A DNA stretch of 53,704 nt from a virus (IMGVR_UViG_3300023184_000166:1-53704), one strand, 5' to 3'; shown: positions 31,420-41,247, numbered from the stretch's first letter. The notes: generated by a model from the sequence alone, not told the origin. Numbers and translations are program-made.

Positions 31420-31985
31420 TTGTTATCCTTTTTCTTTTTCGCATGATTGATTGCACGAATTATTTCTTTGCGGTCAAAATTAGCATCAGCACCAATATTA
31501 AAGTTATTTTGTTGCATAGCATTGAGATGAGGCCCTGAATAGGCATAAGTATTTTTTAATTTTAGGCGAGTCATTAAATCTGCTGCCTTCAACATCTTGT
31601 CCTGCAAATCTACTTTTACTTTAATTAAGTTAATGAGAGCTTCCTTGCTCGAAGTCGTTGCATCACCATCATTGATGACTAAATCAGCGAATTTATCTAT
31701 GTAACTACTTACATCGCTGCGATCATCACGAATATTATCGATGATTTCATTTAAAACACAGAGATATTGATCATCAGAAATTAAAGATACATCCTTCGCT
31801 TTGTCAGGAACGCTGACATTCATGCTTGGAACAATAGATTCAACTTCTTCAGTTGCAATAACTTCTTCGGTTGCAACAACTTCTTCAGTTGCAATAACTT
31901 CTTCAGTTGCAATAACTTGTTCTATGGGCTCTTCCACGACAAGAACCGCAGGATTTTCGATAGTTTTTTGTGTCTTATCCATCAT
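31416..31985 (-). CDS. Hypothetical protein, possibly terminase small subunit-like; 18-bp VIATEE repeats
   Basis: Helical core plus C-terminal QQNNFNIG reminiscent of T4 gp16 C-terminus; weak. Confidence 0.35.
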   Translation of the reverse strand: MMDKTQKTIENPAVLVVEEPIEQVIATEEVIATEEVVATEEVIATEEVESIVPSMNVSVPDKAKDVSLISDDQYLCVLNEIIDNIRDDRSDVSSYIDKFADLVINDGDATTSSKEALINLIKVKVDLQDKMLKAADLMTRLKLKNTYAYSGPHLNAMQQNNFNIGADANFDRKEIIRAINHAKKKKDNK

Positions 31986-32022
31986 CTAATATATAGAGTA
32001 GCCTTTATAGAAATGGAAAATT

Positions 32023-32349
32023 ATGTCTTCACAAGAGCTTCCAGACAATCATGAAATAGATGTCTTACATCGACTTCGTGATATTGCATCCAGAAATGAT
32101 GAAAGAATAAAATTACTTATTGAAAGAAATGAAGAATTAAGCACTGATTACGATAAAGTTAAAAATGATTTAACCGATATTCAAAACACAATTATTGAAA
32201 TTCATCAGGAAATTAAAAGTGTTAAAACCAGACTTGATAAAATAGATGGCATATGGGACAAAATTTTTGACTCAGCATGGAAAATAATACTCATGATAAT
32301 TGGAGGCGCAATTCTTTATTATTTAGGACTTCAGTCTCCTCCAACTTAA
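32023..32349 (+). CDS. Coiled-coil protein with C-terminal TM (holin/XhlA-like architecture)
   Basis: Heptad repeats then IILMIIGGAILYYLG. Confidence 0.5.
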   Translation: MSSQELPDNHEIDVLHRLRDIASRNDERIKLLIERNEELSTDYDKVKNDLTDIQNTIIEIHQEIKSVKTRLDKIDGIWDKIFDSAWKIILMIIGGAILYYLGLQSPPT

Positions 32350-32374
32350 ATGTCGATCTAAATTAAGGCTTTGA

Positions 32375-33880
32375 TTGGTAAATATAATAGTACTTTTTTG
32401 TATGGAACGCATTATGAACAAATTTAGTCAATTTTTTGAATTTCGTGAAGAGCAAAACGAAAAGCCTATTCAAGGCGTTACTGCTCGTATTAAACTAGAA
32501 AAGAAATCTGGCAGTAGAGAATTTACGCCATTTATTATCGACAAGTCTCACCATTCAAATTTGGCTAAGATTGTTCGAGCATTTCTCAACAGTGACAAAG
32601 TTACTGTTGGCTATACAACCATTGAAAAAGATAAAGGTGAAATTGAACCATCTCTTAAAAAGAAGTCTTTATATTTAACGGGTGGTGCAGTTCGTGATCA
32701 TCTTATGGGCAAGACCCCAGATAATTATGATCTTGTTACTGATGCCACTCCTAGCGAAATTCGTATGATACTTTCACAAAATGGTTTTATTGAAGTTCAA
32801 CCAAAAAGTGGCAATAGCATAAAATATCGCAATCTTCCAATAGCAGGAAAGAAAAGTTCAATATTTTATGCAAGTCGATGGGACAAAAATCATCGTGAAA
32901 TGGAAGTTACCGCTGAAGTAAATGGCCAACCTTATACCATTTCAACTCTTAGTAAATCTCCAAAAAGTAAAAACTTTACCCCCGATGAAGTTATCGCTGC
33001 ATCCAATATTGAAGATGACGCAGCAAATCGTGACTTTACCATCAATGCCATGTATATTCCCCTTAAAAATGATGAAGGTCCTAACAATGAACTAATTGAT
33101 CCTTTTGGAGGAGCAAATCATTTAAAAAGTGGAGAACTAAAATCAATTGGTAATAAACTTCCTGATCGTCTGGGTGAAGATCCAATGACTGCAATGCGCT
33201 TTGTAAATCAATTTAATCGTTTTGGCAAAGGCGATCTTCCTGATTCGATGACAAAAGCAATTGTGTCGCACAAAGATTTCTCTGGGGCTGAACCTGAATC
33301 TATGAAGAATCAATTCTGTAAAGGGATTGAACATCCAGATGTTGATGCCCGTCAATTCATGCTCTCTATGCACAAAACAGGCTTATTATCCAAGATATTT
33401 CCCGGCATTGAATTCAATCCTGAAGATATGCCCGAAGGATTTAAAGGCGACCGTTGGATGAGTGCCGCTTGGGTTTTGCGCAACAATAATCCAAATGATG
33501 TGCGTGAACTTTTGATGACCGGTGGCTGGACTCGCCAAGAAGCAAACGACATTGCTTACCTTGTGAAAATCTACCAATGGGCTGGTAATAACTTTGATCC
33601 TGATCAATTTTACGATATAATCCAAAGCCACACTGGACTCACACGAGGTAAAATCAAAGAATGGATGGTTATGGCAAAGACCTACAGTGCCAATGTAGAC
33701 AACTTTTTAAATTTTGATGGCAACGACCTAAATCCTTACAAAAGTGATGATGGCGGAATGAAAAAAATCAGTCCTATTTATGTTCAGGTTTTAGGACGCA
33801 ATCCCATCGGTGGTGAATTTGACAGTATTAAAAAAATGCTTTTTACTAATCGCTGGAAAGATATTAACAGCAAAATTTAA
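32375..33880 (+). CDS. cca: Class II tRNA nucleotidyltransferase/poly(A) polymerase family protein with atypical motifs; start probably 32414
   Basis: LYLTGGAVRDHLMG, RDFTINAMY, LIDPFGG, EDPMTAMR. Confidence 0.8.
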   Translation: MVNIIVLFCMERIMNKFSQFFEFREEQNEKPIQGVTARIKLEKKSGSREFTPFIIDKSHHSNLAKIVRAFLNSDKVTVGYTTIEKDKGEIEPSLKKKSLYLTGGAVRDHLMGKTPDNYDLVTDATPSEIRMILSQNGFIEVQPKSGNSIKYRNLPIAGKKSSIFYASRWDKNHREMEVTAEVNGQPYTISTLSKSPKSKNFTPDEVIAASNIEDDAANRDFTINAMYIPLKNDEGPNNELIDPFGGANHLKSGELKSIGNKLPDRLGEDPMTAMRFVNQFNRFGKGDLPDSMTKAIVSHKDFSGAEPESMKNQFCKGIEHPDVDARQFMLSMHKTGLLSKIFPGIEFNPEDMPEGFKGDRWMSAAWVLRNNNPNDVRELLMTGGWTRQEANDIAYLVKIYQWAGNNFDPDQFYDIIQSHTGLTRGKIKEWMVMAKTYSANVDNFLNFDGNDLNPYKSDDGGMKKISPIYVQVLGRNPIGGEFDSIKKMLFTNRWKDINSKI

Positions 33881-33913
33881 TCATATCATTATAAAATGTG
33901 ATATCATTACACC

Positions 33914-34453
33914 ATGATAAACCGCATGGTGATTTATGATTTTGATGGCACTCTTTTTCGCTCTCCTGAAAAAGAAAAAGGGATGCAGCGATATGCAGAA
34001 GAAATTGGCAAACCATATCCTCACAAAGGTTGGTGGGGTCGCATTGAATCTTTAATGCCTCCTGTGGTTCCACATGTACCAGATTTATCTTGGTATGTTT
34101 CAAAAACAATTAAACAATATCATATAGATCAGGCGTGCCCCAAAACTAATATTATACTCATGACTGGAAGAACCAATAAATTCCGTTCCAGAATTATCAG
34201 CTTATTGGAAAATCAAAATATTAGGTTTTCTCAGATGTATTTTTGCAACGACCACGACTCATCAGGAGCGAATACTTTTGAAGTAAAAGCCAATCGTATT
34301 AAAAAATTGCTTAATCCAAATATAGAAACTCTTGAAATTTGGGAAGATAGACCTGATCAAATTCATCAATTTAACATTTTAACTCAAGAATTATACAATA
34401 ATTTGACGCATTTGGTGAAAATATTAGTTCATGATGTTATAGAAAAAGGTTAA
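33914..34453 (+). CDS. HAD phosphatase (Swiss-army-knife RNA-repair-like HAD)
   Basis: IYDFDGTLFRSP, GWW, LMTGR, IWEDR. Confidence 0.75.
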   Translation: MINRMVIYDFDGTLFRSPEKEKGMQRYAEEIGKPYPHKGWWGRIESLMPPVVPHVPDLSWYVSKTIKQYHIDQACPKTNIILMTGRTNKFRSRIISLLENQNIRFSQMYFCNDHDSSGANTFEVKANRIKKLLNPNIETLEIWEDRPDQIHQFNILTQELYNNLTHLVKILVHDVIEKG

Positions 34454-34503
34454 TCAAATTTTGGAAAGTCTTATATATTTACATACACCTTATAAGGGGG
34501 AGC

Positions 34504-34848
34504 ATGAGCTTTAAGGTCTACAGAAAGATTGTGGTCCTTTTGCGAGAGAAATGTCCACCCGCATATTCAGTAAATGTACGACGAATTAAAATGAATGATC
34601 TCGATGGTGAATGCTATTTATATAAGAAAAAATTTTACATTAGAATCAATAGCGAATTGTCGGAAAATTCAGCAATCGATGCTCTACTTCATGAATGGGC
34701 TCATGCACGAGCTTGGAATCATTTGCATGATTCGTTAGACGAAGAAGAATTTGCACAAAGATCCCATGACGCATCGTGGGGCGTTGCTTATAGTGAGGTT
34801 TACAGAACTTACGAAACACATTATCTTATGTGTAAAGATATTTGCTAA
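34504..34848 (+). CDS. HExxH metallopeptidase-like protein
   Basis: DALLHEWAHA..SHDASWG. Confidence 0.65.
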   Translation: MSFKVYRKIVVLLREKCPPAYSVNVRRIKMNDLDGECYLYKKKFYIRINSELSENSAIDALLHEWAHARAWNHLHDSLDEEEFAQRSHDASWGVAYSEVYRTYETHYLMCKDIC

Positions 34849-35735
34849 TATACTCTAATACAAATATGAACTACTTAGTTTCAGCTACAAATTCGCCATA
34901 TACGCAATGGCAACTTGAACTCCTCATAAACAGTGCTAAAGAACTGAATGTTGAGGACAAACTTTTTATTGGAATCAGTCAAGGCGATAGTGCTTCGCAC
35001 AACTATCAATTTACTGAATCTATTGCAAACCATGAAAATAAATTTTATTTTGAAAACATAGGTCAAAAAAGAGGTTACGAAGATTTAAACCAGTTGTATT
35101 TTCTTTCTTGGGCTATGAAAAATAAAAAAGTTGAAGAAAAAATTCTTGTTATGCCAACTCATTCAGTAATCCGTAATAAAACAACTCCAAATGTTGAAGA
35201 CTACAATTATTCTTCGATTTTAATTTCTACTGATCCATTTTTTACTTTTGAATCTGCTTGCCAAGCCGTACCAGAATTTTGGAAATTATGTCAAAAAGAT
35301 AAAGAATATTACGAAGAAAACTGGGTGCCATTTGGTCCTTATTACTTCTTGAACAAAATTCCCAGTGAATTTATAGATCGAATTGCATTGTTCGCAGAAC
35401 GATTGATTCTCCAGCAAATACTTGATGGCAACAGTGTATGGGAAAATACAATTAGACTTGCTTGGGCAGTTCAAATTGCTGAGCAATTAGGCAAAATTTC
35501 TATTACGGGAACATACAACATGACAACAAGCATGATTGAAGATAAAAATTGCCCAATCATAAATTACGAACATGGTATGCCTCCTGTTTTTAACAAGGAA
35601 ATGTACCTTTTCCCGCCTCCATTTAATTTTTCTTTTGGAGATCCAATTGAGAAATTAAAAGAATGCATCAATACTGAAAATGCTCATTACATTTCTAAAA
35701 TAGCTGAAAAAATAATTGCAAAAAGAAAAAAATGA
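34842..35735 (+). CDS. Glycosyltransferase-like protein (plant HPAT/SGT1-like N-terminus)
   Basis: VSATNSPYTQWQLELL and GYEDLNQ resemble HPAT-family motifs. Confidence 0.45.
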   Translation: MLIYSNTNMNYLVSATNSPYTQWQLELLINSAKELNVEDKLFIGISQGDSASHNYQFTESIANHENKFYFENIGQKRGYEDLNQLYFLSWAMKNKKVEEKILVMPTHSVIRNKTTPNVEDYNYSSILISTDPFFTFESACQAVPEFWKLCQKDKEYYEENWVPFGPYYFLNKIPSEFIDRIALFAERLILQQILDGNSVWENTIRLAWAVQIAEQLGKISITGTYNMTTSMIEDKNCPIINYEHGMPPVFNKEMYLFPPPFNFSFGDPIEKLKECINTENAHYISKIAEKIIAKRKK

Positions 35736-36064
35736 TTAACCCAGAAATTTTAGAAAATTGCACAATGGAAGAAAATAATGTTAGCTCTCTTTCAATTACC
35801 GATGATATAAAACAAAGAATAAAAGAACACTATACAGAACTAGAAACCCGATATGGCTCAACAATTGCAAAAATCATCATGGGATCAGCACTTTTAGGTT
35901 GTCTAAGTCCTATTCCCGGTTCTAGTTTTATCGTTGCTTTGCCTTTTGTAGGACTTGGAGAACTTGTACTTTGGCTTAAGCAAAATCCCCAAGCCCATGA
36001 AGAAATTAAAAAAGTACATGATGAAAAAATAAAAAATGTCATCCGAAATATCTTAAAAAATTGA
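35732..36064 (+). CDS. Hypothetical membrane protein
   Basis: 110 aa, hydrophobic hairpin around SPIPGSS. Confidence 0.6.
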   Translation: MINPEILENCTMEENNVSSLSITDDIKQRIKEHYTELETRYGSTIAKIIMGSALLGCLSPIPGSSFIVALPFVGLGELVLWLKQNPQAHEEIKKVHDEKIKNVIRNILKN

Positions 36065-36080
36065 CATCCTACTAAATTCG
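36046..36080 (+). repeat. 35-bp direct repeat, copy 1
   Basis: AAATATCTTAAAAAATTGACATCCTACTAAATTCG; 34/35 identical to 37083-37117. Confidence 0.9.
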
Positions 36081-36086
36081 TTGGTT

Positions 36087-36677
36087 CTATTTTTTAACAA
36101 ACACCAAAAAATAAGAGTGAAATTTTCTCGCATGTTTCTGATTCTTATGGTTGTGACCAACTATTCTATTTTTGGCAACAAGGATGAATAGATCTTTTGT
36201 ATAAAATCCATTTTTTTCAGCTTCGTTCATGATGTGTACATGGCTGAACCATTGTTTGCCACTACTGACAGTATCTTGACATTTCACAATCAAAACACCA
36301 TTAGTTTCTAATACTCTGTAAAATTCTTTAATGCAAAGATCATACCATTCCCATAGATCGTCAATATATTTGAATCCATGGAATCTAGTTCCAATTATTC
36401 CTGTTGGCTTGTCCTTTGTATGACCGACAATAAATGGAGGATCAAACATCAATGATTTTATACTTGAATCATTTAATGGCAGTGTGCTGGCATCAGATTG
36501 AATTGTGTCTAATGTTTGCGGAAATGCATCAAATTTAAATTTGGGTTTGGCGATTGAACTTTTTTCATAAAAGTTGCCTTTAGAATATGTTGGATCACAT
36601 TCTATTCCTTGCGGACAATGTAATGAAATTATATCTTTTATGATATCATGTTGGTTATCGTTAACTGTTTTTATCAT
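36087..36677 (-). CDS. Phage DNA amino-methyltransferase (N6A/N4C)
   Basis: DPTYSKGNFY, MFDPPF catalytic motif, EFYRVL..GVLIVKCQD. Confidence 0.85.
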   Translation of the reverse strand: MIKTVNDNQHDIIKDIISLHCPQGIECDPTYSKGNFYEKSSIAKPKFKFDAFPQTLDTIQSDASTLPLNDSSIKSLMFDPPFIVGHTKDKPTGIIGTRFHGFKYIDDLWEWYDLCIKEFYRVLETNGVLIVKCQDTVSSGKQWFSHVHIMNEAEKNGFYTKDLFILVAKNRIVGHNHKNQKHARKFHSYFLVFVKK

Positions 36678-36949
36678 GATTTATAATTATCCCAATCTAT
36701 ATCATCTTGCATTATGATTGGTGTTCCATCTCCGAGATATGCTCCACGAATATTATATTCAAAAAATTCTTCAGCATCTTCCTGATTCATATCATTCATC
36801 AAATTACTGATAATTTTTTTATAACTATAAACAACTTTAACGCTGTTGAAACAAGTAGACAGACCCATTATGGCATTATCATGACCATCAATAAATAGAA
36901 CATTGTCTAATTCGTGTTCGTCACAATAATTGTTTATCAAATCTTTCAC
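36674..36949 (-). CDS. Conserved phage hypothetical protein
   Basis: DGHDNAIMG..VVYS..DAEEFFEYNIRGAYLGDGTP pattern; AGGAG RBS. Confidence 0.7.
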   Translation of the reverse strand: MKDLINNYCDEHELDNVLFIDGHDNAIMGLSTCFNSVKVVYSYKKIISNLMNDMNQEDAEEFFEYNIRGAYLGDGTPIIMQDDIDWDNYKS

Positions 36950-37082
36950 TTTTCTCTCCTTTGCAAATTAAATGATTGCAAATGATAGCAGAAAAATAAA
37001 TTTACAACAATGCTTTTTACGATTATTTATTTTAAAATTTACAAAACAAAATATGTTGGTAAATTCTTGCTTGAAAATCCAA

Positions 37083-37117
37083 AAATATCTTAAAAAGTTG
37101 ACATCCTACTAAATTCG
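37083..37117 (+). repeat. 35-bp direct repeat, copy 2
   Basis: AAATATCTTAAAAAGTTGACATCCTACTAAATTCG, overlaps speD 3' end. Confidence 0.9.
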
Positions 37118-37476
37118 GGAATGGTAAAGTTACGATCAATAACCAAAAAACCACCCTTGCATTCACCCATCGTATTTTGCAAATACTTAACCACATCTTT
37201 GGGTTCAAAATCTTTACATGAATAAACATCCATGCGTATGTAAGGATTTTCTTCTTTGTGCCAAATATGGATACTTGCATGACTTGTTTCAACAACCACA
37301 GTTCCAGTTACGCCCTCATTTCCATGGGTGTCACAAAATTTAGCAACAGGAGGAATGAGAATTTTCATATCAATAATTTCAATCAATTTTTTAAGCCACT
37401 CTTTACAAGAATTTTCATCTGTAATTGGATTGGAAACTGTTGCATTTAAAACTAAATGTTTATGATTTTTTTCCAT
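37090..37476 (-). CDS. speD: S-adenosylmethionine decarboxylase proenzyme
   Basis: HKHLVL, GVTGTVVVETSHASIHIW, MDVYSCK. Confidence 0.88.
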   Translation of the reverse strand: MEKNHKHLVLNATVSNPITDENSCKEWLKKLIEIIDMKILIPPVAKFCDTHGNEGVTGTVVVETSHASIHIWHKEENPYIRMDVYSCKDFEPKDVVKYLQNTMGECKGGFLVIDRNFTIPEFSRMSTF

Positions 37477-37519
37477 TTCTTTCTCTTTTCCATAAATTGT
37501 TTGGTCTTCAAACTAAATA

Positions 37520-37783
37520 ATGACATCTCCTGAGGAAGCGCCACTCATGACCACCATCAGACACTACAACGGCACCGTGTATTTTCAAGACGGCGATTAC
37601 AAATTCATCATAAGTAATCTAGACGAAATTTCACGACTTTTAAATAAATTTCAAGAAATTTCTTCTCATAGCGAAGATCAACAATCGTTCATGGAAACTC
37701 GTTGTATCATTGACATGATTTCAAACGCAAGAAACCAATTTATCATTCATAGAGAGAAACAATGTATAGGAAACTTATCGTAG
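37520..37783 (+). CDS. Hypothetical protein
   Basis: 87-aa ORF upstream of clpP. Confidence 0.55.
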   Translation: MTSPEEAPLMTTIRHYNGTVYFQDGDYKFIISNLDEISRLLNKFQEISSHSEDQQSFMETRCIIDMISNARNQFIIHREKQCIGNLS

Positions 37784-38367
37784 ATCCTAATATCAGAGCA
37801 AAACACGAAGAACTCATAGAAATGCCAGTTGTTGTGTTTGTTCAAAAATTTTCCGAAGAAGCAGTAAAAGATTTTCATGAAGACATGGAAGAAGCCCATC
37901 ATACAGGACAGCCAATCATCCCGATTGTTATTGATTCTTATGGCGGAAGTGTTTATGGATGCCTTGATATGATTGCTCATGTTAAGAAATCTAAATTACC
38001 TGTACATACCATTTGCACAGGAAAGGCCATGAGTGCTGGAGCTATTCTTTTCGGAATGGGTCAACAAAGATATATGGCAGAAAACGCAACTCTTATGCTT
38101 CATGACGCTTCTTCTATTGCTTCAGGTAAATCTGAAGAAGTAAAAGCTGACGCAAAAGAATTAGACCGACTTAATAAACTAATTTTCAGTCTATTAGCTG
38201 AAAATTGCGGAGTTGAACAAGATTATTACTTAAAACTTCTTCATGAACGAGGTCATGCTGATTATTATCTAAATGCAAAAAAAGCTCGCAAACACAAACT
38301 TGTAACACACATAGGTGTTCCAGAAATTCAAGCTAAAATTCAAGTTTCTTATAGCTTCGGTTTGTGA
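37762..38367 (+). CDS. clpP: ClpP-family serine protease
   Basis: IDSYGGSV, GKAMSAGAIL (Ser), LMLHD (His), DYYLNAKKA. Confidence 0.88.
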   Translation: MYRKLIVDPNIRAKHEELIEMPVVVFVQKFSEEAVKDFHEDMEEAHHTGQPIIPIVIDSYGGSVYGCLDMIAHVKKSKLPVHTICTGKAMSAGAILFGMGQQRYMAENATLMLHDASSIASGKSEEVKADAKELDRLNKLIFSLLAENCGVEQDYYLKLLHERGHADYYLNAKKARKHKLVTHIGVPEIQAKIQVSYSFGL

Positions 38368-38420
38368 CCTTTACACTTTTTTATTTTTTGGTACAGTAAG
38401 ACAAAATAAGTTTTGTTCCG

Positions 38421-38711
38421 ATGAAAGGAATTGTCATGACTCCTCGTAAAAAACTGCTTGAACAAGACAGCAAAGACATCAAAGGCTTTGATAACGAAGT
38501 CATCAAAATCACAGATGCAACAACAGGTAATGTTGTTTGCCACATTGGATTGATTCATGGATTGGAATCAGTTTACTTCATTCGCCCAACATCTCTCGAA
38601 GATTTAGAAGCTATCGTAGAATTGATGAATAAAAAGAAAATGCAAAAACATCTAACGAATGGCGATTTTGATAAAGCCGAAGAATTTGCCAATCGTAAAT
38701 TTCAAAAATAA
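38421..38711 (+). CDS. Hypothetical protein (start probably MTPRKK)
   Basis: AAAGGA RBS before second Met; followed by terminator. Confidence 0.6.
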   Translation: MKGIVMTPRKKLLEQDSKDIKGFDNEVIKITDATTGNVVCHIGLIHGLESVYFIRPTSLEDLEAIVELMNKKKMQKHLTNGDFDKAEEFANRKFQK

Positions 38712-38721
38712 GAATAAAATA

Positions 38722-38753
38722 AAAAAACCCATCTTAACAAAGATGGGTTTTTT
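38722..38753. terminator. Bidirectional intrinsic terminator
   Basis: AAAAAACCCATCTT-AAC-AAGATGGGTTTTTT between convergent genes. Confidence 0.85.
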
Positions 38754-38954
38754 ACTTACTGACCAGTAAGTGTTTTTACACCTTATCTCAGCCCTTTTTC
38801 TTTTTAACTAAAACCTTTTCTCGATTCTTGATCCATTCTACAAAAGGAATTGCCCATTCACAGTGGCTTGCCGCAAGCTGAACAGGACTGTGAAATTGCA
38901 TCTGCAATACTTTTGATGGATACATTCCATTGTTTTCTTTTTTATTTTTCTTTT

Positions 38955-39338
38955 TCATTCTTCTCCTAACCATTTAGAAAATTCACTCGGTGACATTGCA
39001 CCCTTTGTTCTTTTTAAAATTTCGCCATTATTGTCAATGATCATATAATCAGGAATGCTGCTTATTTTATATTTTTTCAACAAACCGTCATCATCGTCGT
39101 CGCAATCAATAATCACATATGGCATCGATTCCATCTTCTTTTTAACATCAACATTCTTAAAAACTCGTTTCATTTCTCTACAGCCGGGACACCACGAAGT
39201 ACCAAAATACAAGAAAACATTCTTGTCTTCTTTTTTCGCAGCTTTTACAGCTTCATCAATTTTTTTGAATTCCACACCATATACAGAACCGCCAAAACAC
39301 AGAACTAAAACAAGCAATAATGCTTTCATTTTTCTCAT
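38955..39338 (-). CDS. Thioredoxin-like protein with signal peptide
   Basis: MRKMKALLLVLVLCFGG signal; FGTSWCPGC active site; IP cis-Pro loop. Confidence 0.85.
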   Translation of the reverse strand: MRKMKALLLVLVLCFGGSVYGVEFKKIDEAVKAAKKEDKNVFLYFGTSWCPGCREMKRVFKNVDVKKKMESMPYVIIDCDDDDDGLLKKYKISSIPDYMIIDNNGEILKRTKGAMSPSEFSKWLGEE

Positions 39339-39799
39339 CCTCCATAAAGAGCTTTAGCCCTAGCTCCTGAAAAATCAGCCAACGCTGGCTTAATCACTTC
39401 ATAATCAGTGTCAAAGAGCTCGGCGTGAACAACCCAATCGTCAGGAACAAGAGTATATCCTTGTTCACTTTCATATTGGCCTCTTGCTGGCAAATACCCC
39501 TTTTTCTGGGCATCCTGTCCAGACACAATTTCTGTATTTCCCGGCCCATGATAAACAAGATAATTCTTCGTGCCGGGAAGTAATGCTATAAATTTAGATC
39601 CTTGATTCAACTGGTTAAAAGGAGCAGGATATGCACCCGGATCTTCAAAACGCATATCAATAGCCTTGATTTCTTTTTCCTTGCATGGCAAACCATGCAT
39701 TACCATTAACTTACAAGGAACTATAAAACCGCCACTATGTAAAATCATAGAAGCCATTTCCTGAAACTTACGCCATTTTTTATAACTACTAAGTGACAT
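39335..39799 (-). CDS. Hypothetical protein (start reassigned to MSLSSYKKW)
   Basis: AGGAG RBS before ATG at 39799. Confidence 0.6.
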   Translation of the reverse strand: MSLSSYKKWRKFQEMASMILHSGGFIVPCKLMVMHGLPCKEKEIKAIDMRFEDPGAYPAPFNQLNQGSKFIALLPGTKNYLVYHGPGNTEIVSGQDAQKKGYLPARGQYESEQGYTLVPDDWVVHAELFDTDYEVIKPALADFSGARAKALYGG

Positions 39800-39806
39800 A
39801 ATTCTC

Positions 39807-40775
39807 CTAAAAACCGTATATCCTCTTACACCACTCTTCCCCAAAATATTCCCGTGCGAAAATTCGCAATTTCTCTGCCTCAGGAGCAGTCCTTACCTTA
39901 TCTACATAATCATCAACATCCTTTAAATCAGTTTGTGAACCTACTTGCAAAGTATGATGAGGACATATGAACTGATTCAATGCCTTCATGGCAATAGATC
40001 CATCAGGCAATACCACCTTATCTCTGTCAGAAGGCATTGATATACGAAATACACGCTCAATATTCCACATCAGAAATTTTCGCAATTCAGTATCGTTGTA
40101 ATTACTTACATCACGCTGAACACACATTGCCATGTAAATGCAATAAACATTGAAATTGTGTGCCTGCAATAGTTCAAAATACCATCCAAATAGATTTAAT
40201 TCTTTCCCCGTCTCCGATCCGTTCGTATATGATACCCATTCATCGACCAAATATAAAGGTCGATCTCCCCAACTATAAGCCTGCTCCACAAGATATAATT
40301 TATAACTTGGTCCTCTTAATACATTTGGAACCAATTTTGCAACATCTTGAATGGTGATATTTGGCTCTCTTAAAACAACAGCACGATCTTGCAGCACATA
40401 AAAACCATTAAATCTCTCTCTGTTTTGCTGAATGCTATTCCGTATGTTCGCATTTATTCCATGAGTCGTTTCATGAGCCCATGTCATTTTGTTTGAATCA
40501 CGATAGTGATGATTTGCAGGCATGTGTGATTCAATGTCGCCAAGAATCACACCAAGAGAAGGATTTTGAATCTCACGAACCCTAGGCCACTTTTTCCAAA
40601 TAGGTTCCACAACTGGAGGAATAGGAACAATAGGCACTTCTGGACCTACAGGCTTAATATCAATGCGAAGCAATTGATCTTCTGTTAAAGGCTCTCCCAC
40701 CTGTGCTTTTTGAGAGGGCATAAAAAAATAAACAAGCAAAATCACAGCCATGAGAATAACGGCTAAATACTTCAT
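39807..40775 (-). CDS. Membrane-anchored HExxH metallopeptidase-like protein
   Basis: N-terminal TM, TWAHETTHG, downstream DEW glutamate. Confidence 0.6.
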   Translation of the reverse strand: MKYLAVILMAVILLVYFFMPSQKAQVGEPLTEDQLLRIDIKPVGPEVPIVPIPPVVEPIWKKWPRVREIQNPSLGVILGDIESHMPANHHYRDSNKMTWAHETTHGINANIRNSIQQNRERFNGFYVLQDRAVVLREPNITIQDVAKLVPNVLRGPSYKLYLVEQAYSWGDRPLYLVDEWVSYTNGSETGKELNLFGWYFELLQAHNFNVYCIYMAMCVQRDVSNYNDTELRKFLMWNIERVFRISMPSDRDKVVLPDGSIAMKALNQFICPHHTLQVGSQTDLKDVDDYVDKVRTAPEAEKLRIFAREYFGEEWCKRIYGF

Positions 40776-40815
40776 AGAACTTCACCCGTATCTTTCTTGA
40801 AAGGCTACCACCTCG

Positions 40816-41205
40816 ATGAAAGTGCTAGGCCCAATTGCACACGAAATTTACAAACAGCATCGAGACATCGTTGTTGTTGTCACGCCCATATGCTACCAAA
40901 GTTTTTATCGCAGCACAGGCATCCATAGTGGCAGACCCGATGTTTGGTTTCCGTTCGATGGACTTTGCTTTTATCCCGGATTTGGACTCTGGTTTGTTAA
41001 AACCAGATTCGTACTACCCGAGCAATACAACACAACCTTATATAGATTTGGAGATAAGGAACTATTACAAATATCTAACCAACTATACGCAATGAATATA
41101 CCACGAAGCACAAATATTAAAACACCAAAAGACATTAACTTGTTTATCAACAACGACTATACTGAAGAGTTTAACAGAATTCTGGAAAAATTTGTTGGTG
41201 AATAA
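40816..41205 (+). CDS. Hypothetical protein
   Basis: 129 aa; FYRSTG..WFPFDG motif. Confidence 0.55.
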   Translation: MKVLGPIAHEIYKQHRDIVVVVTPICYQSFYRSTGIHSGRPDVWFPFDGLCFYPGFGLWFVKTRFVLPEQYNTTLYRFGDKELLQISNQLYAMNIPRSTNIKTPKDINLFINNDYTEEFNRILEKFVGE

Positions 41206-41247
41206 TAACTCGTTTATATTAAATCATCTATTTTATAATGAGGAAAA

